Of a stretch of 64,000 bases of DNA, positions 9,267 through 19,135 are shown in pieces; position 1 is the first letter of the stretch, and every line of letters starts with the position of its first letter. Under the pieces are notes generated by a model that saw only the letters and a program-made list of their open reading frames with translations, ran no database searches and was not told the DNA's origin. A program made the translations under genes and the position numbers. The DNA lies in contig CAXXTB010000002.1 of the NCBI GenBank assembly GCA_963676795.2, forward strand, positions 1,824,001 to 1,888,000, read 5' to 3'. The DNA is from Geopsychrobacteraceae bacterium. Its GTDB lineage: Bacteria; Desulfobacterota; Desulfuromonadia; Desulfuromonadales; Geopsychrobacteraceae.

Positions 9267-10562
9267 CTAGACCGGCTCGGCCTTGAGGCCATCCTTGAAC
9301 AGAGCGGTTACACGAGCCTCAACAACCTGCCCCTGGCTGTAGTCTGCAGCACTGATCCAGACCGGTAGATAATTCTCGGCCAGCCCCTTTTGCAACCCGT
9401 CCCTGCCGCCGCCTTCAATAACCAGCTCAAGGATACGACCGACAAATGAGTTCCGGTAGCGCTGATTCTTCTCCTCACCCAGTTCACGCAGACGCGCGGC
9501 ACGCTCCTTGATGACATCGCCGGTCAACTGCCCGTCCATCTGTGCTGCTGGCGTCCCCTGCCGCTTGCTGAAGGGAAACGCATGGAGATGGGAAAAATTC
9601 AGCTGTCTGAGAAATGCCACCGAGCTTTCAAACTGCTCATCCGTCTCACCGGGAAATCCGGCGATGATATCGAGGCCGACCGCTGCACCCGGGATCAGCT
9701 CATGAACCCGGTCGAGCAGAGCGGCATAATCGCCGCAGGAATAATGCCGGTTCATCCGCTGCAGAACGCTGTCCTCCCCCGCCTGCAGGGGGATGTGAAA
9801 ATGCGGGCAGATCCAGTCTGCAGTTGCTATATAGCGCAACAGTTCATCATTCAATTCATTCGGTTCAATCGATCCAAGACGCAGGCGCCCGCGAAACGCC
9901 GACGCCTCTATGGCGCGCAACAGCCCGAGCAGATCTGTCGCCGGCTGCAGGTCGAGACCATACTGACCAATATGGATACCGGTCAGAACCAGCTCAGGGT
10001 AACCAGCTGCCGAGAGGCGCTCAACCTGGCCGACAACCTCGGCAACGGACACCGAGCGGCTGCGACCTCGCGCATAGGGGATGATGCAATAGGCACAGAA
10101 CGCGTCGCAACCGTTCTGAATCTGGACAAAGGCCCGGCTGCGCTGTTCGAAAGTATTGATCGACAGCGGCTCAAAACTTTCCTGAGCACGGATATCGCCG
10201 ACATGAACCTTCTGCAGACGATCATCCCTGAGCAACAATTCCAGCAGCTGTGACTTTTCCTGGTTTCCGATCACCAGACTGACCCCCGGCAAGCCACTGA
10301 GACTCTGCGGATCGATCTGAGCGTAACAGCCGGTGACAATAATCCGCGCACCGGGGTTCAGCCTGCGTGCCCGGCGGATCAGATTGCGCGACTGGGAATC
10401 GGTCGCCGCTGTTACGGTACAGGTATTGATCAGCACCAGATCAGCCCCGGCTTCAAAATCGACCTGGAGATAACCGGCCTGTTGCAACTGTTCGGCCATG
10501 GCCGCCGATTCAAACTGATTGGTCTTGCAGCCAAGCGTTACGATAGACAGGCTCTGACTCAT
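9267..10562 (-). CDS. mtaB: tRNA t6A37 methylthiotransferase MtaB
   Basis: TLGCKTNQFES, NTCTVT, GCYAQ, radical SAM CDAFCAYC, LTGIHIG, FPFSKRQGT; ATGA overlap with mnmA. Confidence 0.93.
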   Translation of the reverse strand: MSQSLSIVTLGCKTNQFESAAMAEQLQQAGYLQVDFEAGADLVLINTCTVTAATDSQSRNLIRRARRLNPGARIIVTGCYAQIDPQSLSGLPGVSLVIGNQEKSQLLELLLRDDRLQKVHVGDIRAQESFEPLSINTFEQRSRAFVQIQNGCDAFCAYCIIPYARGRSRSVSVAEVVGQVERLSAAGYPELVLTGIHIGQYGLDLQPATDLLGLLRAIEASAFRGRLRLGSIEPNELNDELLRYIATADWICPHFHIPLQAGEDSVLQRMNRHYSCGDYAALLDRVHELIPGAAVGLDIIAGFPGETDEQFESSVAFLRQLNFSHLHAFPFSKRQGTPAAQMDGQLTGDVIKERAARLRELGEEKNQRYRNSFVGRILELVIEGGGRDGLQKGLAENYLPVWISAADYSQGQVVEARVTALFKDGLKAEPV

Positions 10563-11611
10563 CGGATCCACCCGCCACCGATAACCAGATCGCCATCGTA
10601 AAAGACGGCGGCCTGTCCGGGAGTGACCCCGCTTTGCGCTTCGTCAAAACGCACAAACGCACCACCATCAGCCAGCGGTTCAACACGCGCCGGGGTTTCC
10701 TGATGACGATAACGGATCCGGCAACGACATAAGAGCGCGGATTGAGGAACTGGAATACTCCAGTTGCAGGTCGAAACTTTCAGCGAATCGCTGCTCAGAT
10801 AATCCTTCTCACCGACAATCACCTTTTTACCCGGCACATCCAGAGCGATGACATAAAGCGGCTCCGTCCAGCCGATCCCCAGCCCCTTGCGCTGACCGAT
10901 CGTGTAGCGGTGAACACCTAGGTGCTGGCCGAGAACCTGGCCGGAGACATGGACGATCTCGCCGCCGCTTCTTACGATACCGTTCTGTTCGAGAAATTCG
11001 ATGTAGTTGCCATCCGGGATGAAGCAAATATCCTGACTTTCCCCCTTCTGTGCCACAACCAGGCCCAGCTCGGCGGCAATTTCACGGACCTGCTCCTTGG
11101 TCAGTTCACCCAGGGGGAACAGACAGCGGGAGAGCTGCTGCTGATCGAGGGCGAAAAGAAAATAGCTCTGATCCTTTTTGGGATCGATCGCTTTGCGGAT
11201 ATAGAGCCGCCCCGGCTGCTCGCTAATTCGCACATAGTGGCCGGTCGCCAGGTATTCGCCGCCGAGTTCCTGCGCCTTATCCAGCAACTTGCCGAACTTG
11301 AGCTTTTTATTGCAGTTGATGCAGGGGTTCGGCGTTCTGCCATCCTGATATTCCTGGCAGAACGGGGTAATCACCTGCTGATGGAAAAACTCACCAAAAT
11401 CAATGACATGATGCTCGATTCCCAACTGTTCGGCGACTCTGGCCGCGTCAACAGCGGGATCTGTCTTCAACTCTGGCACAGACAGAGAGTCGAGCCCCAG
11501 GCGCATGGTCAGGCCGACAACCTCATAGCCCTGCTTTACCAGCAGTGCGGCCGTCACCGAGGAATCGACACCGCCACTCATCGCAACAACGACTTTTTTC
11601 TTCACACTCAT
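10559..11611 (-). CDS. mnmA: tRNA 2-thiouridine(34) synthase MnmA
   Basis: AMSGGVDSS, TPNPCINCN, ATGHY, KDQSYFL, ESQDICF, TPGQAAVFY. Start moved to MSVKKKV. Confidence 0.96.
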   Translation of the reverse strand: MSVKKKVVVAMSGGVDSSVTAALLVKQGYEVVGLTMRLGLDSLSVPELKTDPAVDAARVAEQLGIEHHVIDFGEFFHQQVITPFCQEYQDGRTPNPCINCNKKLKFGKLLDKAQELGGEYLATGHYVRISEQPGRLYIRKAIDPKKDQSYFLFALDQQQLSRCLFPLGELTKEQVREIAAELGLVVAQKGESQDICFIPDGNYIEFLEQNGIVRSGGEIVHVSGQVLGQHLGVHRYTIGQRKGLGIGWTEPLYVIALDVPGKKVIVGEKDYLSSDSLKVSTCNWSIPVPQSALLCRCRIRYRHQETPARVEPLADGGAFVRFDEAQSGVTPGQAAVFYDGDLVIGGGWIR

Positions 11612-11716
11612 CCTGTAAAACCTGAGCCGCTTCTCAGCTCGCCGGACCCAGGCAAAAGACAAAGGGGCGCCGCTGCACGCGACGCCCCTGATTTACCAAT
11701 ACGGACGCTTGATCGC

Positions 11717-12094
11717 TCAGGCAGCGTTTCCGTGCTTTTCCTTGTAATCCTTGATCGCTTCATGCAGGGCATCAGCGGCAAGGTTGGAACAATGCATCTT
11801 TGCCGGAGGAAGTCCATCCAAAGCCTCGGCAACGGCCTGATTGGTCAGCACCAGGGCCTCATCAAGGGTCTTACCGATGGCCATTTCGGTGACCATCGAA
11901 GATGTCGCAATGGCAGCCCCGCAACCGAAGGTCTTGAATTTGACGTCCTTGATGATACCGTCTTCGACCTTGAGGAAGATCTTCATGATGTCACCGCAGG
12001 ATGCGTTGCCGACTTCGCCGACACCGTCGGCATTTTCAATCTCACCGACGTTACGTGGGTTGCTGAAGTGATCCATAACTTTTTCTGTGTACAT
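11717..12094 (-). CDS. iscU: Fe-S cluster scaffold, IscU/NifU N-terminal type
   Basis: MYTEKVMDHF.NPRNVG, CGD, FKTFGCG, LPPAKMHCS. Confidence 0.95.
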   Translation of the reverse strand: MYTEKVMDHFSNPRNVGEIENADGVGEVGNASCGDIMKIFLKVEDGIIKDVKFKTFGCGAAIATSSMVTEMAIGKTLDEALVLTNQAVAEALDGLPPAKMHCSNLAADALHEAIKDYKEKHGNAA

Positions 12095-12123
12095 AAGCTG
12101 TCTCCTAAGACTCTATCTGGCTA

Positions 12124-13359
12124 TCAATCTGCGTAACTGTTACACGCCTGCTTGACCATACGACACTCGTCGCATTTGACCGGCACCTCGCTTTCGCGCT
12201 GATAGAGCGGACTCATATCGCGCAGGCGCTGGACGATCGGCGGAAGTTCGGCGAGGACATAATCGATCTCTTCTTCGCTGTTATCGGCACTGAGACTGAA
12301 ACGGGTACTGGAATGAGCCAGGACCACATCGACCCCCATAGCGCCCATGACGTGCGATGGTTCGAGAGACCCGGAGGTACAGGCCGAACCGGAGGAAGCC
12401 GCGATCCCCTTCATATCGAAGAAGAGCAGCAACGATTCCCCTTCGATATAATTGAAGCTGATATTCAGTGTGTTCGGCAGGCGCAGGTCCGCATTCGGGT
12501 GACCGTTCAGCTTGACCTCGGGAATGGTTTCCAGGATTCCCGTCTCCAGTTTGTCACGTAATTTACGCACATAGGCATAATCTCGTTCCATGTTCTGGCT
12601 GGCCAGCTCACAGGCCACCCCGAGCCCGACGATACCGGCGACGTTGTGGGTTCCGGCGCGACGATTACGCTCCTGGTGACCACCATGCATGAACTTGCCG
12701 ATCCGGGTTCCGCGCTTCAGATACATGGCGCCGATCCCCTTCGGAGCGCCGATCTTGTGTCCGGAGATAACAGCCATATCGACATTGGCCTTACGTACGT
12801 CGATCGGCAGCTTGCCGGCAGCCTGAACAGCATCGGTATGGAAACGAACTTTATGTTTCTTGGCAATCTCGCCGATCTCCTCGATCGGGAAGATGTTGCC
12901 GGTTTCGTTGTTGGCCCACATCACCGAAATCAGGATGGTTTTGTCAGTGATCGCAGCTTCAAGCTCGGCAAGATCGAGTGAACCATTTCCATCAACCCCG
13001 AGGTAAGTGACCTCGAAGCCCTGGGTTTCCAGATACTGGCAGGTTTCAAGAACCGCAGGGTGCTCAACAGCTGTGGTGATGATATGATTCCCCTTATCCT
13101 TCAGGACATCACAGGTTCCCTTGATGGCATAGTTGTCCCCTTCACTGCCGCAAGAGAGAAAAACAACCTCTGCCGCTGAACAATTGAGCAGACTGGCAAC
13201 TTGAGCCCGGGCGTTTTCAATCGCCCCGCTGACCATCCGGCCAGCCCAGTGAACGCTTGACGGATTGCCGAACTGTTCACGGAAAAATGGCAACATCGCC
13301 TCCAGAACCTCAGGTTTGACCGCAGTCGTTGCGTTGTTGTCCATGTAAATCTTTTTCAC
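12124..13359 (-). CDS. iscS: Cysteine desulfurase IscS/NifS
   Basis: YMDNNATT, GNPSS, SGHK, SSGSACTS. GTG start at 13359 with GGAGG RBS. Confidence 0.95.
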   Translation of the reverse strand: MKKIYMDNNATTAVKPEVLEAMLPFFREQFGNPSSVHWAGRMVSGAIENARAQVASLLNCSAAEVVFLSCGSEGDNYAIKGTCDVLKDKGNHIITTAVEHPAVLETCQYLETQGFEVTYLGVDGNGSLDLAELEAAITDKTILISVMWANNETGNIFPIEEIGEIAKKHKVRFHTDAVQAAGKLPIDVRKANVDMAVISGHKIGAPKGIGAMYLKRGTRIGKFMHGGHQERNRRAGTHNVAGIVGLGVACELASQNMERDYAYVRKLRDKLETGILETIPEVKLNGHPNADLRLPNTLNISFNYIEGESLLLFFDMKGIAASSGSACTSGSLEPSHVMGAMGVDVVLAHSSTRFSLSADNSEEEIDYVLAELPPIVQRLRDMSPLYQRESEVPVKCDECRMVKQACNSYAD

Positions 13360-13379
13360 ACTGTCCTCCAAATATATTA

Positions 13380-13814
13380 CTAGCTAAGAACCCTGGCCTG
13401 CATACGGCGCCGTCCGTCCCTGGTCAAATCCTCCAGAGTCATTGACGCGAGGAATTGACGTATCTGATTGCCAAGACCGTGCCAAACCGATTGGGTCGTG
13501 CATTCCGTGTCACAACTGCAGCTTCCGTCATCATTCATACATGAAAGTGGCACCAGGGTTTCTTCAACGGTGTCTATTATTTCATCAATTCGGATCTGAT
13601 CTGCCGCTCTTGCCAACACGTAACCGCCACCGGGGCCCCTGACACTCTGGACAATATTGCCACGCCGCAATTTGACGAATAACTGCTCCAGGTAGTTGAG
13701 AGAGATCTTCTCGCGCTCGGCAATCTCCTTGATCGTCACCGGATAACCGTCGCTGGTCAGATTCAGACTGACCAGAGCGCGTACAGCATACTGAGCTTTG
13801 GTCGACATTCTCAT
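13380..13814 (-). CDS. iscR: Rrf2 family regulator, IscR-like
   Basis: ISLNYLEQLF.KLRR...V.SVRGPGGGY; Cys cluster; lies directly upstream of iscS-iscU. Confidence 0.85.
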   Translation of the reverse strand: MRMSTKAQYAVRALVSLNLTSDGYPVTIKEIAEREKISLNYLEQLFVKLRRGNIVQSVRGPGGGYVLARAADQIRIDEIIDTVEETLVPLSCMNDDGSCSCDTECTTQSVWHGLGNQIRQFLASMTLEDLTRDGRRRMQARVLS

Positions 13815-13815
13815 A

Positions 13816-14508
13816 TCAGTTCACTTCCTCGTGTTGACGATCCTCTTCGCGGTTATCGTCCTGCAGCTGAACCTGCTCCTGCAGTGCATCGAACTGCTTC
13901 TCGAGACGACGGATCTGATCGAAGACACAGCTGACCGCCTTGGCCACCGGATCGGGCAGCTGATCATGCTGCAGATCGATCCCCTGGCGTTTTTCCGAAG
14001 AGAGAACAACCCGACCGGGTATACCGACAACCGTCGCATGAGCGGGCACTTCCTTGACAACCACAGAATTCGAACCGATCTTGCTGTGGTCGCCAACCTT
14101 GAACGGGCCGAGGATCTTGGCTCCGGCACCGACAATAACGTTGTTGCCGAGTGTCGGATGGCGTTTCTCCTTCGCCCAGGAGGTTCCTCCCAGAGTTACG
14201 CCATGATAAAGGGTACAGTCATCACCGACGACTGCCGTCTCGCCGATAACCACACCCATGCCGTGATCAATGAACAACCGGTGACCGATCTTGGCGCCCG
14301 GGTGTATTTCGATACCGGTGAGAAAACGGCTGACGTGAGAGAGAAAGCGACCGAGGAATTTGCATTTCCTCATCCATAACCAATGGGAAATACGATAGAA
14401 GAAGATAGCGTGGAATCCGGGATAGCAGAAGATAATTTCAAAGACATTTCTGACCGCAGGATCGCGTTCAAAAACGACTTTCATATCTTCTTTCAACATG
14501 CTAAACAT
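13816..14508 (-). CDS. cysE: Serine O-acetyltransferase
   Basis: [33 protein letters not shown]. Start moved to MFSML (GGAG RBS). Confidence 0.96.
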   Translation of the reverse strand: MFSMLKEDMKVVFERDPAVRNVFEIIFCYPGFHAIFFYRISHWLWMRKCKFLGRFLSHVSRFLTGIEIHPGAKIGHRLFIDHGMGVVIGETAVVGDDCTLYHGVTLGGTSWAKEKRHPTLGNNVIVGAGAKILGPFKVGDHSKIGSNSVVVKEVPAHATVVGIPGRVVLSSEKRQGIDLQHDQLPDPVAKAVSCVFDQIRRLEKQFDALQEQVQLQDDNREEDRQHEEVN

Positions 14509-14601
14509 CTGCACAGCTCCGACCTGATTATCTCTCAAAAAATAAAGTACCTGACTGATCATTAAGTGATGCCGATCACATCAGGCATGGTCAGGACTAT
14601 C

Positions 14602-14649
14602 ATACCTTAGTAAAACTGTCAATTTTTTTAAAACATTTTAGTCAGGTAT
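14602..14649 (-). promoter_or_regulatory. cysE-iscR operon promoter with IscR type-1-like sites
   Basis: Minus strand ATACCTGACTAAAATG...AAATTGACAGTTTTACTAAGGTAT resembles ATASYYGACTRwwwYAGTCRRSTAT half sites and overlaps a TTGACA -35. Confidence 0.55.
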
Positions 14650-14787
14650 TCATAACAGCAAAAAAAGTGATTTAATAACCGTCGGCTTAATGTTCGACAA
14701 TAGATGTAATTTTCTCTACAATAACGCTTTATGCCTGAAAAACAGGTCAGAGCTCGAATGAAATCCATGATCAAGGAGAGACATACC

Positions 14788-16410
14788 ATGCCTGAATTCA
14801 GATATCAGGACCCGCTGCCGCTGAGTGCGGACCAGACTCAATACTACAAAATCGAAGGCTCAGAAAGCTACGTCAGCAGCGTAGAGTTCGATGGCCGCGA
14901 AATTGTCAAGGTCGCCCCCGAGGCGCTGACTGTCCTGGCCAATACCGCGATGCGCGATGTTTCCTTCCTGCTGCGCACCGAACACAATGAGCAGGTCGCC
15001 AGCATCCTTGCCGACCCGGACGCATCAAGCAACGATCGCGGCGTCGCCATGGCCTTTTTACGCAATGCCGAAATTTCCGCCAGCTTTGAACTGCCGCTTT
15101 GCCAGGATACCGGCACCGCAACGGTCATCGGCAAAAAGGGGGAACAGATCTGGACCGGGGCCAACGACGCAGAAAAGATCTCAGCCGGGGTCTTTCGCAC
15201 CTACACCGAAGAGAACCTGCGCTACAGCCAGACCGTCGCCCTCGACATGTACCGGGAGAAGAATACCGGTACCAACCTGCCGGCCCAGATCGATCTCTAT
15301 GCCACCGAAGGCGATGCCTACAAGTTCCTGTTTATCGCCAAAGGCGGAGGCTCGGCCAACAAGTCCATGCTCTACCAGGAAACCAAGGCACTGCTCAACC
15401 CGGAGACGCTTGAGAAGTTCCTGATTGCCAAGATGAAAACCATCGGCACGGCCGCCTGCCCCCCTTATCACCTGGCCTTCGTCATCGGCGGCACCTCGGC
15501 CGACGCCTGCATGAAAACCGTCAAACTGGCGACCGCCCGCTATCTCGACGGATTACCGACCGAAGGGAATGAGCATGGCCAGGCCTTCCGCGACCTGGAG
15601 CTCGAAGCCAAGCTACTCAAGGCCGCCCAGGAACTCGGCATCGGCGCTCAGTTCGGAGGAAAATACTTCGCCCACGACGTGCGCGTCATCCGCCTGCCCC
15701 GCCATGGCGCATCCTGCCCTGTCGGCATGGCGGTCTCCTGTTCGGCGGACCGCAACATCAAGGCCAAGATCACCCGCGACGGCCTCTTCGTCGAGCAACT
15801 CGACCGCAACCCGGGCCGTCTGATTCCGGAAAGATACCGGACCGGCAAGCACAGCCATGGCACCAAAATCAACCTGGATCGCCCCATGGCTGAAGTTCTG
15901 GCCGATCTGACCAAACTCGAAGTCGGCGCCCCGCTGCTGCTTGATGGCACCATCGTCGTTGGCCGCGACATCGCCCATGCCAAATTCAAAGAGATCCTCG
16001 ACAGCGGTAAGCCGCTGCCTGATTACCTCAAGCAGCACCCGATCTACTACGCCGGCCCGGCGAAAAAACCTGAAGGGAAACCTTCCGGATCCTTCGGCCC
16101 GACCACGGCCGGACGCATGGACAGCTATGTCGACCTGCTGCAGAGCAATGGCGGCTCCATGGTCATGATCGCCAAGGGCAACCGCAGTCAGCAGGTCACC
16201 GACGCCTGCGCCAAGCATGGTGGCTTTTATCTCGGTTCGATCGGCGGACCGGCGGCCGTCCTGGCTGAAGAAAACATCAAAAAGGTCGAATGTATCGACT
16301 TTCCGGAACTGGGCATGGAGGCTGTCTGGAAAATTGAAGTTATCGATTTCCCGGCCTTTATCCTGGTCGACAACAAGGGGAACGATTTCTTCAAGCAACT
16401 CGGCCTGTAA
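14788..16410 (+). CDS. fumA: Class I (Fe-S) fumarate hydratase
   Basis: [55 protein letters not shown]. Confidence 0.95.
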   Translation: MPEFRYQDPLPLSADQTQYYKIEGSESYVSSVEFDGREIVKVAPEALTVLANTAMRDVSFLLRTEHNEQVASILADPDASSNDRGVAMAFLRNAEISASFELPLCQDTGTATVIGKKGEQIWTGANDAEKISAGVFRTYTEENLRYSQTVALDMYREKNTGTNLPAQIDLYATEGDAYKFLFIAKGGGSANKSMLYQETKALLNPETLEKFLIAKMKTIGTAACPPYHLAFVIGGTSADACMKTVKLATARYLDGLPTEGNEHGQAFRDLELEAKLLKAAQELGIGAQFGGKYFAHDVRVIRLPRHGASCPVGMAVSCSADRNIKAKITRDGLFVEQLDRNPGRLIPERYRTGKHSHGTKINLDRPMAEVLADLTKLEVGAPLLLDGTIVVGRDIAHAKFKEILDSGKPLPDYLKQHPIYYAGPAKKPEGKPSGSFGPTTAGRMDSYVDLLQSNGGSMVMIAKGNRSQQVTDACAKHGGFYLGSIGGPAAVLAEENIKKVECIDFPELGMEAVWKIEVIDFPAFILVDNKGNDFFKQLGL

Positions 16411-16431
16411 CAGTAACATTACAGAAACCAG

Positions 16432-16468
16432 ACAGAGCCTCATCAGAAATGATGGGGCTTTTGTTTTG
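16432..16468 (+). terminator. Intrinsic terminator after fumarase
   Basis: AGCCTCATCA-GAAA-TGATGGGGCT followed by a T-rich tail. Confidence 0.7.
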
Positions 16469-16542
16469 ACCTGACAGGCTACAAACTGATTTAATACAAC
16501 AAAATAAAGGTCAGTCCATTAACTTTTTCCGGGTCAATTGTC

Positions 16543-19059
16543 ATGCTGTCAAAGTTCTCTAGGTTTTACGAAGCTGTGGTGCTGAAACGCCCGCTGGTCG
16601 CTACTGTCGTTCTGATTCTGATCATTATCGCCGTCGGCTCGGCGGCCAGCAGGTTTCGCCTCGATGCCTCTGCCGATTCCCTGCTGCTCGAAAACGACCA
16701 GGACCTGAAATATTTCCGCTCGATCAACGCGCGTTACGGCACAACCGATTTCGTCGTCATCAGTTATTCACCGCAAGGGGAGCTGACCGATGACGCCACC
16801 CTCAAGGACCTTGCCAGCCTCACCGCCAGCCTGGAGAGACTGGAGCGCGTCGCTTCTGTGACCAGCATCCTCAATGTCCCGCTGATCAACAGCCCGCGCA
16901 TGACCCTGAGCGAACTGAGCCAGGGGATACACACCCTCGGCGACTCGGCTGTCGACCCCGAGCTGGCGCTCAGGGAATTTCAAACAAGCCCCCTGTACAG
17001 TGACATGCTGGTCAGCCCCGATGCCAGAACAACAGCGCTGATGGTCAGCTTCAAAAAGGACGACACCTACCACCGGCTGCTCAACGCGCGCAACAGCCTG
17101 CGGGAAAAATCCTACACGAACAAGCTGACAACTGAAGAAGAAGCCCAACTCCAAAAAGCCACAGCGGAATTTGACCAATACAGCCGACTGTTCAGCGGAA
17201 GAGAAGCACAAGATGTCGAGCGGATCCGCCGGATTATGGATGAGCATCGTAGCGATGCAACCCTGTTCTTAGGTGGTGTGCCGATGATCGTCGCCGATAT
17301 GATCGCCTTCATCAAACACGACCTGGCTTCTTTCGGGGTCGGCGTTCTGGTCTTCCTGGTCGGCATGCTGATTGTCATCTTCCGGCGCTGGCAGTGGATC
17401 GTCCTGCCAATGGTCTGCTGCTTTATGTCGGTACTGTTCATGTTCGGCTTTCTCGGCTGGATCGGCTGGAAGGTTACGGTCGTCTCATCCAACTTCACTT
17501 CGCTACTACTGATCATAACCCTCTCGCTCTGTGTCCACCTGATCGTCCGCTACAACGAACTGTTCGAGGAGAAACCGGGTACTAGCCACTTCGAAAAGGT
17601 CAGGGAAATGGTCTTCAGCAAAGCGGTACCGAGTATCTTCACCGCCCTGACCACCATTGTCGCTTTCGTCTCGCTGATCACCAGCGATATCCGTCCGGTC
17701 ATCGATTTCGGCTGGATGATGGCGATCGGCATCAGCTTTGCCCTGATCATCAGCTTCATTCTCTTTCCGGCCGGCCTGCTGATGCTCAAAGCACCGACCC
17801 GCTTCACTTCACGCTTCGACATCACCGGCGCCATCACCAGGACCTGCGCGTCCTGGGTCGAAAAGCGCAAGGGACTGACCCTGACGATATTTATCCTGAT
17901 CACGGCCACCAGTCTTTACGGCATGTCGATTCTCACGGTGGAGAACCGCTTTATCGATTACTTCAAACCGACTACAGAAATCTACCAGGGAATGGAGCTG
18001 ATCGATCGCCAGCTCGGCGGCACGACCCCGCTCGATATCATCCTCGACGCGGATCCCGAGTTCTTTGCTGCCAGGGACCAGCAGGCAGCGACGACGGACG
18101 ACCCCTTTGCCGACGACTTTTTCGAAGAGGAGCAGAGCGATGAAGGGCTCTCCGGCAGCAGCTACTGGTACAACAGCTACCAGATCGACAGGCTCGAGCA
18201 GATTCAGAGCTATCTGGAAGAGTTGAAGGAGACCGGCAAAGTCCTCTCCATGGCAACAACCTTCAGCCTGATGAAGATGGTTAACGAGGACAAGCCACTC
18301 GACAACATCTCCCTGGCTGTCATCCACAAGAAACTGCCAGAGGTCATCAATGACGCCCTGTTCCGCCCCTACATGGCAGAAGACGGTAATCAGGTGCGCT
18401 TCTCGCTCAGGATCATCGATTCGGAACCGAGTCTGCGCCGCGACGCCTTTCTGAAAAAGGTTAAGGCAGATCTGATCGGCAAATTCGACCTCAAGCCAGA
18501 ACAGGTCCACCTGACCGGTATGTTCGTCCTCTACAACAACGTCCTGCAGAGCCTGTTCGAATCCCAGATCATGACCATCGGTGTCGTCTTTCTGGTCATT
18601 ATGCTCATGTTCCTGCTGCAGTTCAGGAACCTGCGTCTGGCGATCATCGCAATCATCCCCAACCTGATCTCGGCGGCAACCGTTCTGGGCTTGATGGGAC
18701 TGCTGCATATTCCGCTCGATATCATGACCATCACCATTGCGGCGATCACCATCGGCATCGCGGTCGACGATACGATTCACTACATCCACCGCTTCAGGGA
18801 GGAACGTGCCGAAGGCTATGAAGACCTAAAAGCAATGCACCAAGCCCATCACAGCGTCGGCCGGGCGATGTTCTACACCTCGATCACCATAATCATCGGC
18901 TTTTCGATTCTCGGCTTCTCCAGCTTCAATCCGACCATCTACTTCGGGCTCTTTACCGGAATGGCAATGCTGGTCGCCATGCTGGCCAACCTGACCCTGC
19001 TGCCGACGCTTTTGCTCCTGTGGACAGAAAAAAGTGCTAAACTGGTAAAAAATAGCTAA
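16543..19059 (+). CDS. MMPL/RND superfamily exporter
   Basis: Two repeats of TM + large periplasmic loop + several TMs; ALTTIVAF, GIAVDDTIHY. Confidence 0.88.
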   Translation: MLSKFSRFYEAVVLKRPLVATVVLILIIIAVGSAASRFRLDASADSLLLENDQDLKYFRSINARYGTTDFVVISYSPQGELTDDATLKDLASLTASLERLERVASVTSILNVPLINSPRMTLSELSQGIHTLGDSAVDPELALREFQTSPLYSDMLVSPDARTTALMVSFKKDDTYHRLLNARNSLREKSYTNKLTTEEEAQLQKATAEFDQYSRLFSGREAQDVERIRRIMDEHRSDATLFLGGVPMIVADMIAFIKHDLASFGVGVLVFLVGMLIVIFRRWQWIVLPMVCCFMSVLFMFGFLGWIGWKVTVVSSNFTSLLLIITLSLCVHLIVRYNELFEEKPGTSHFEKVREMVFSKAVPSIFTALTTIVAFVSLITSDIRPVIDFGWMMAIGISFALIISFILFPAGLLMLKAPTRFTSRFDITGAITRTCASWVEKRKGLTLTIFILITATSLYGMSILTVENRFIDYFKPTTEIYQGMELIDRQLGGTTPLDIILDADPEFFAARDQQAATTDDPFADDFFEEEQSDEGLSGSSYWYNSYQIDRLEQIQSYLEELKETGKVLSMATTFSLMKMVNEDKPLDNISLAVIHKKLPEVINDALFRPYMAEDGNQVRFSLRIIDSEPSLRRDAFLKKVKADLIGKFDLKPEQVHLTGMFVLYNNVLQSLFESQIMTIGVVFLVIMLMFLLQFRNLRLAIIAIIPNLISAATVLGLMGLLHIPLDIMTITIAAITIGIAVDDTIHYIHRFREERAEGYEDLKAMHQAHHSVGRAMFYTSITIIIGFSILGFSSFNPTIYFGLFTGMAMLVAMLANLTLLPTLLLLWTEKSAKLVKNS

Positions 19060-19135
19060 AAACGCTAGCCTTTCCCAGCCAAACAGGATATGGTGCGCGT
19101 CTTTTGTAAAAACTCTTAGCAAAACGGACAATTCC

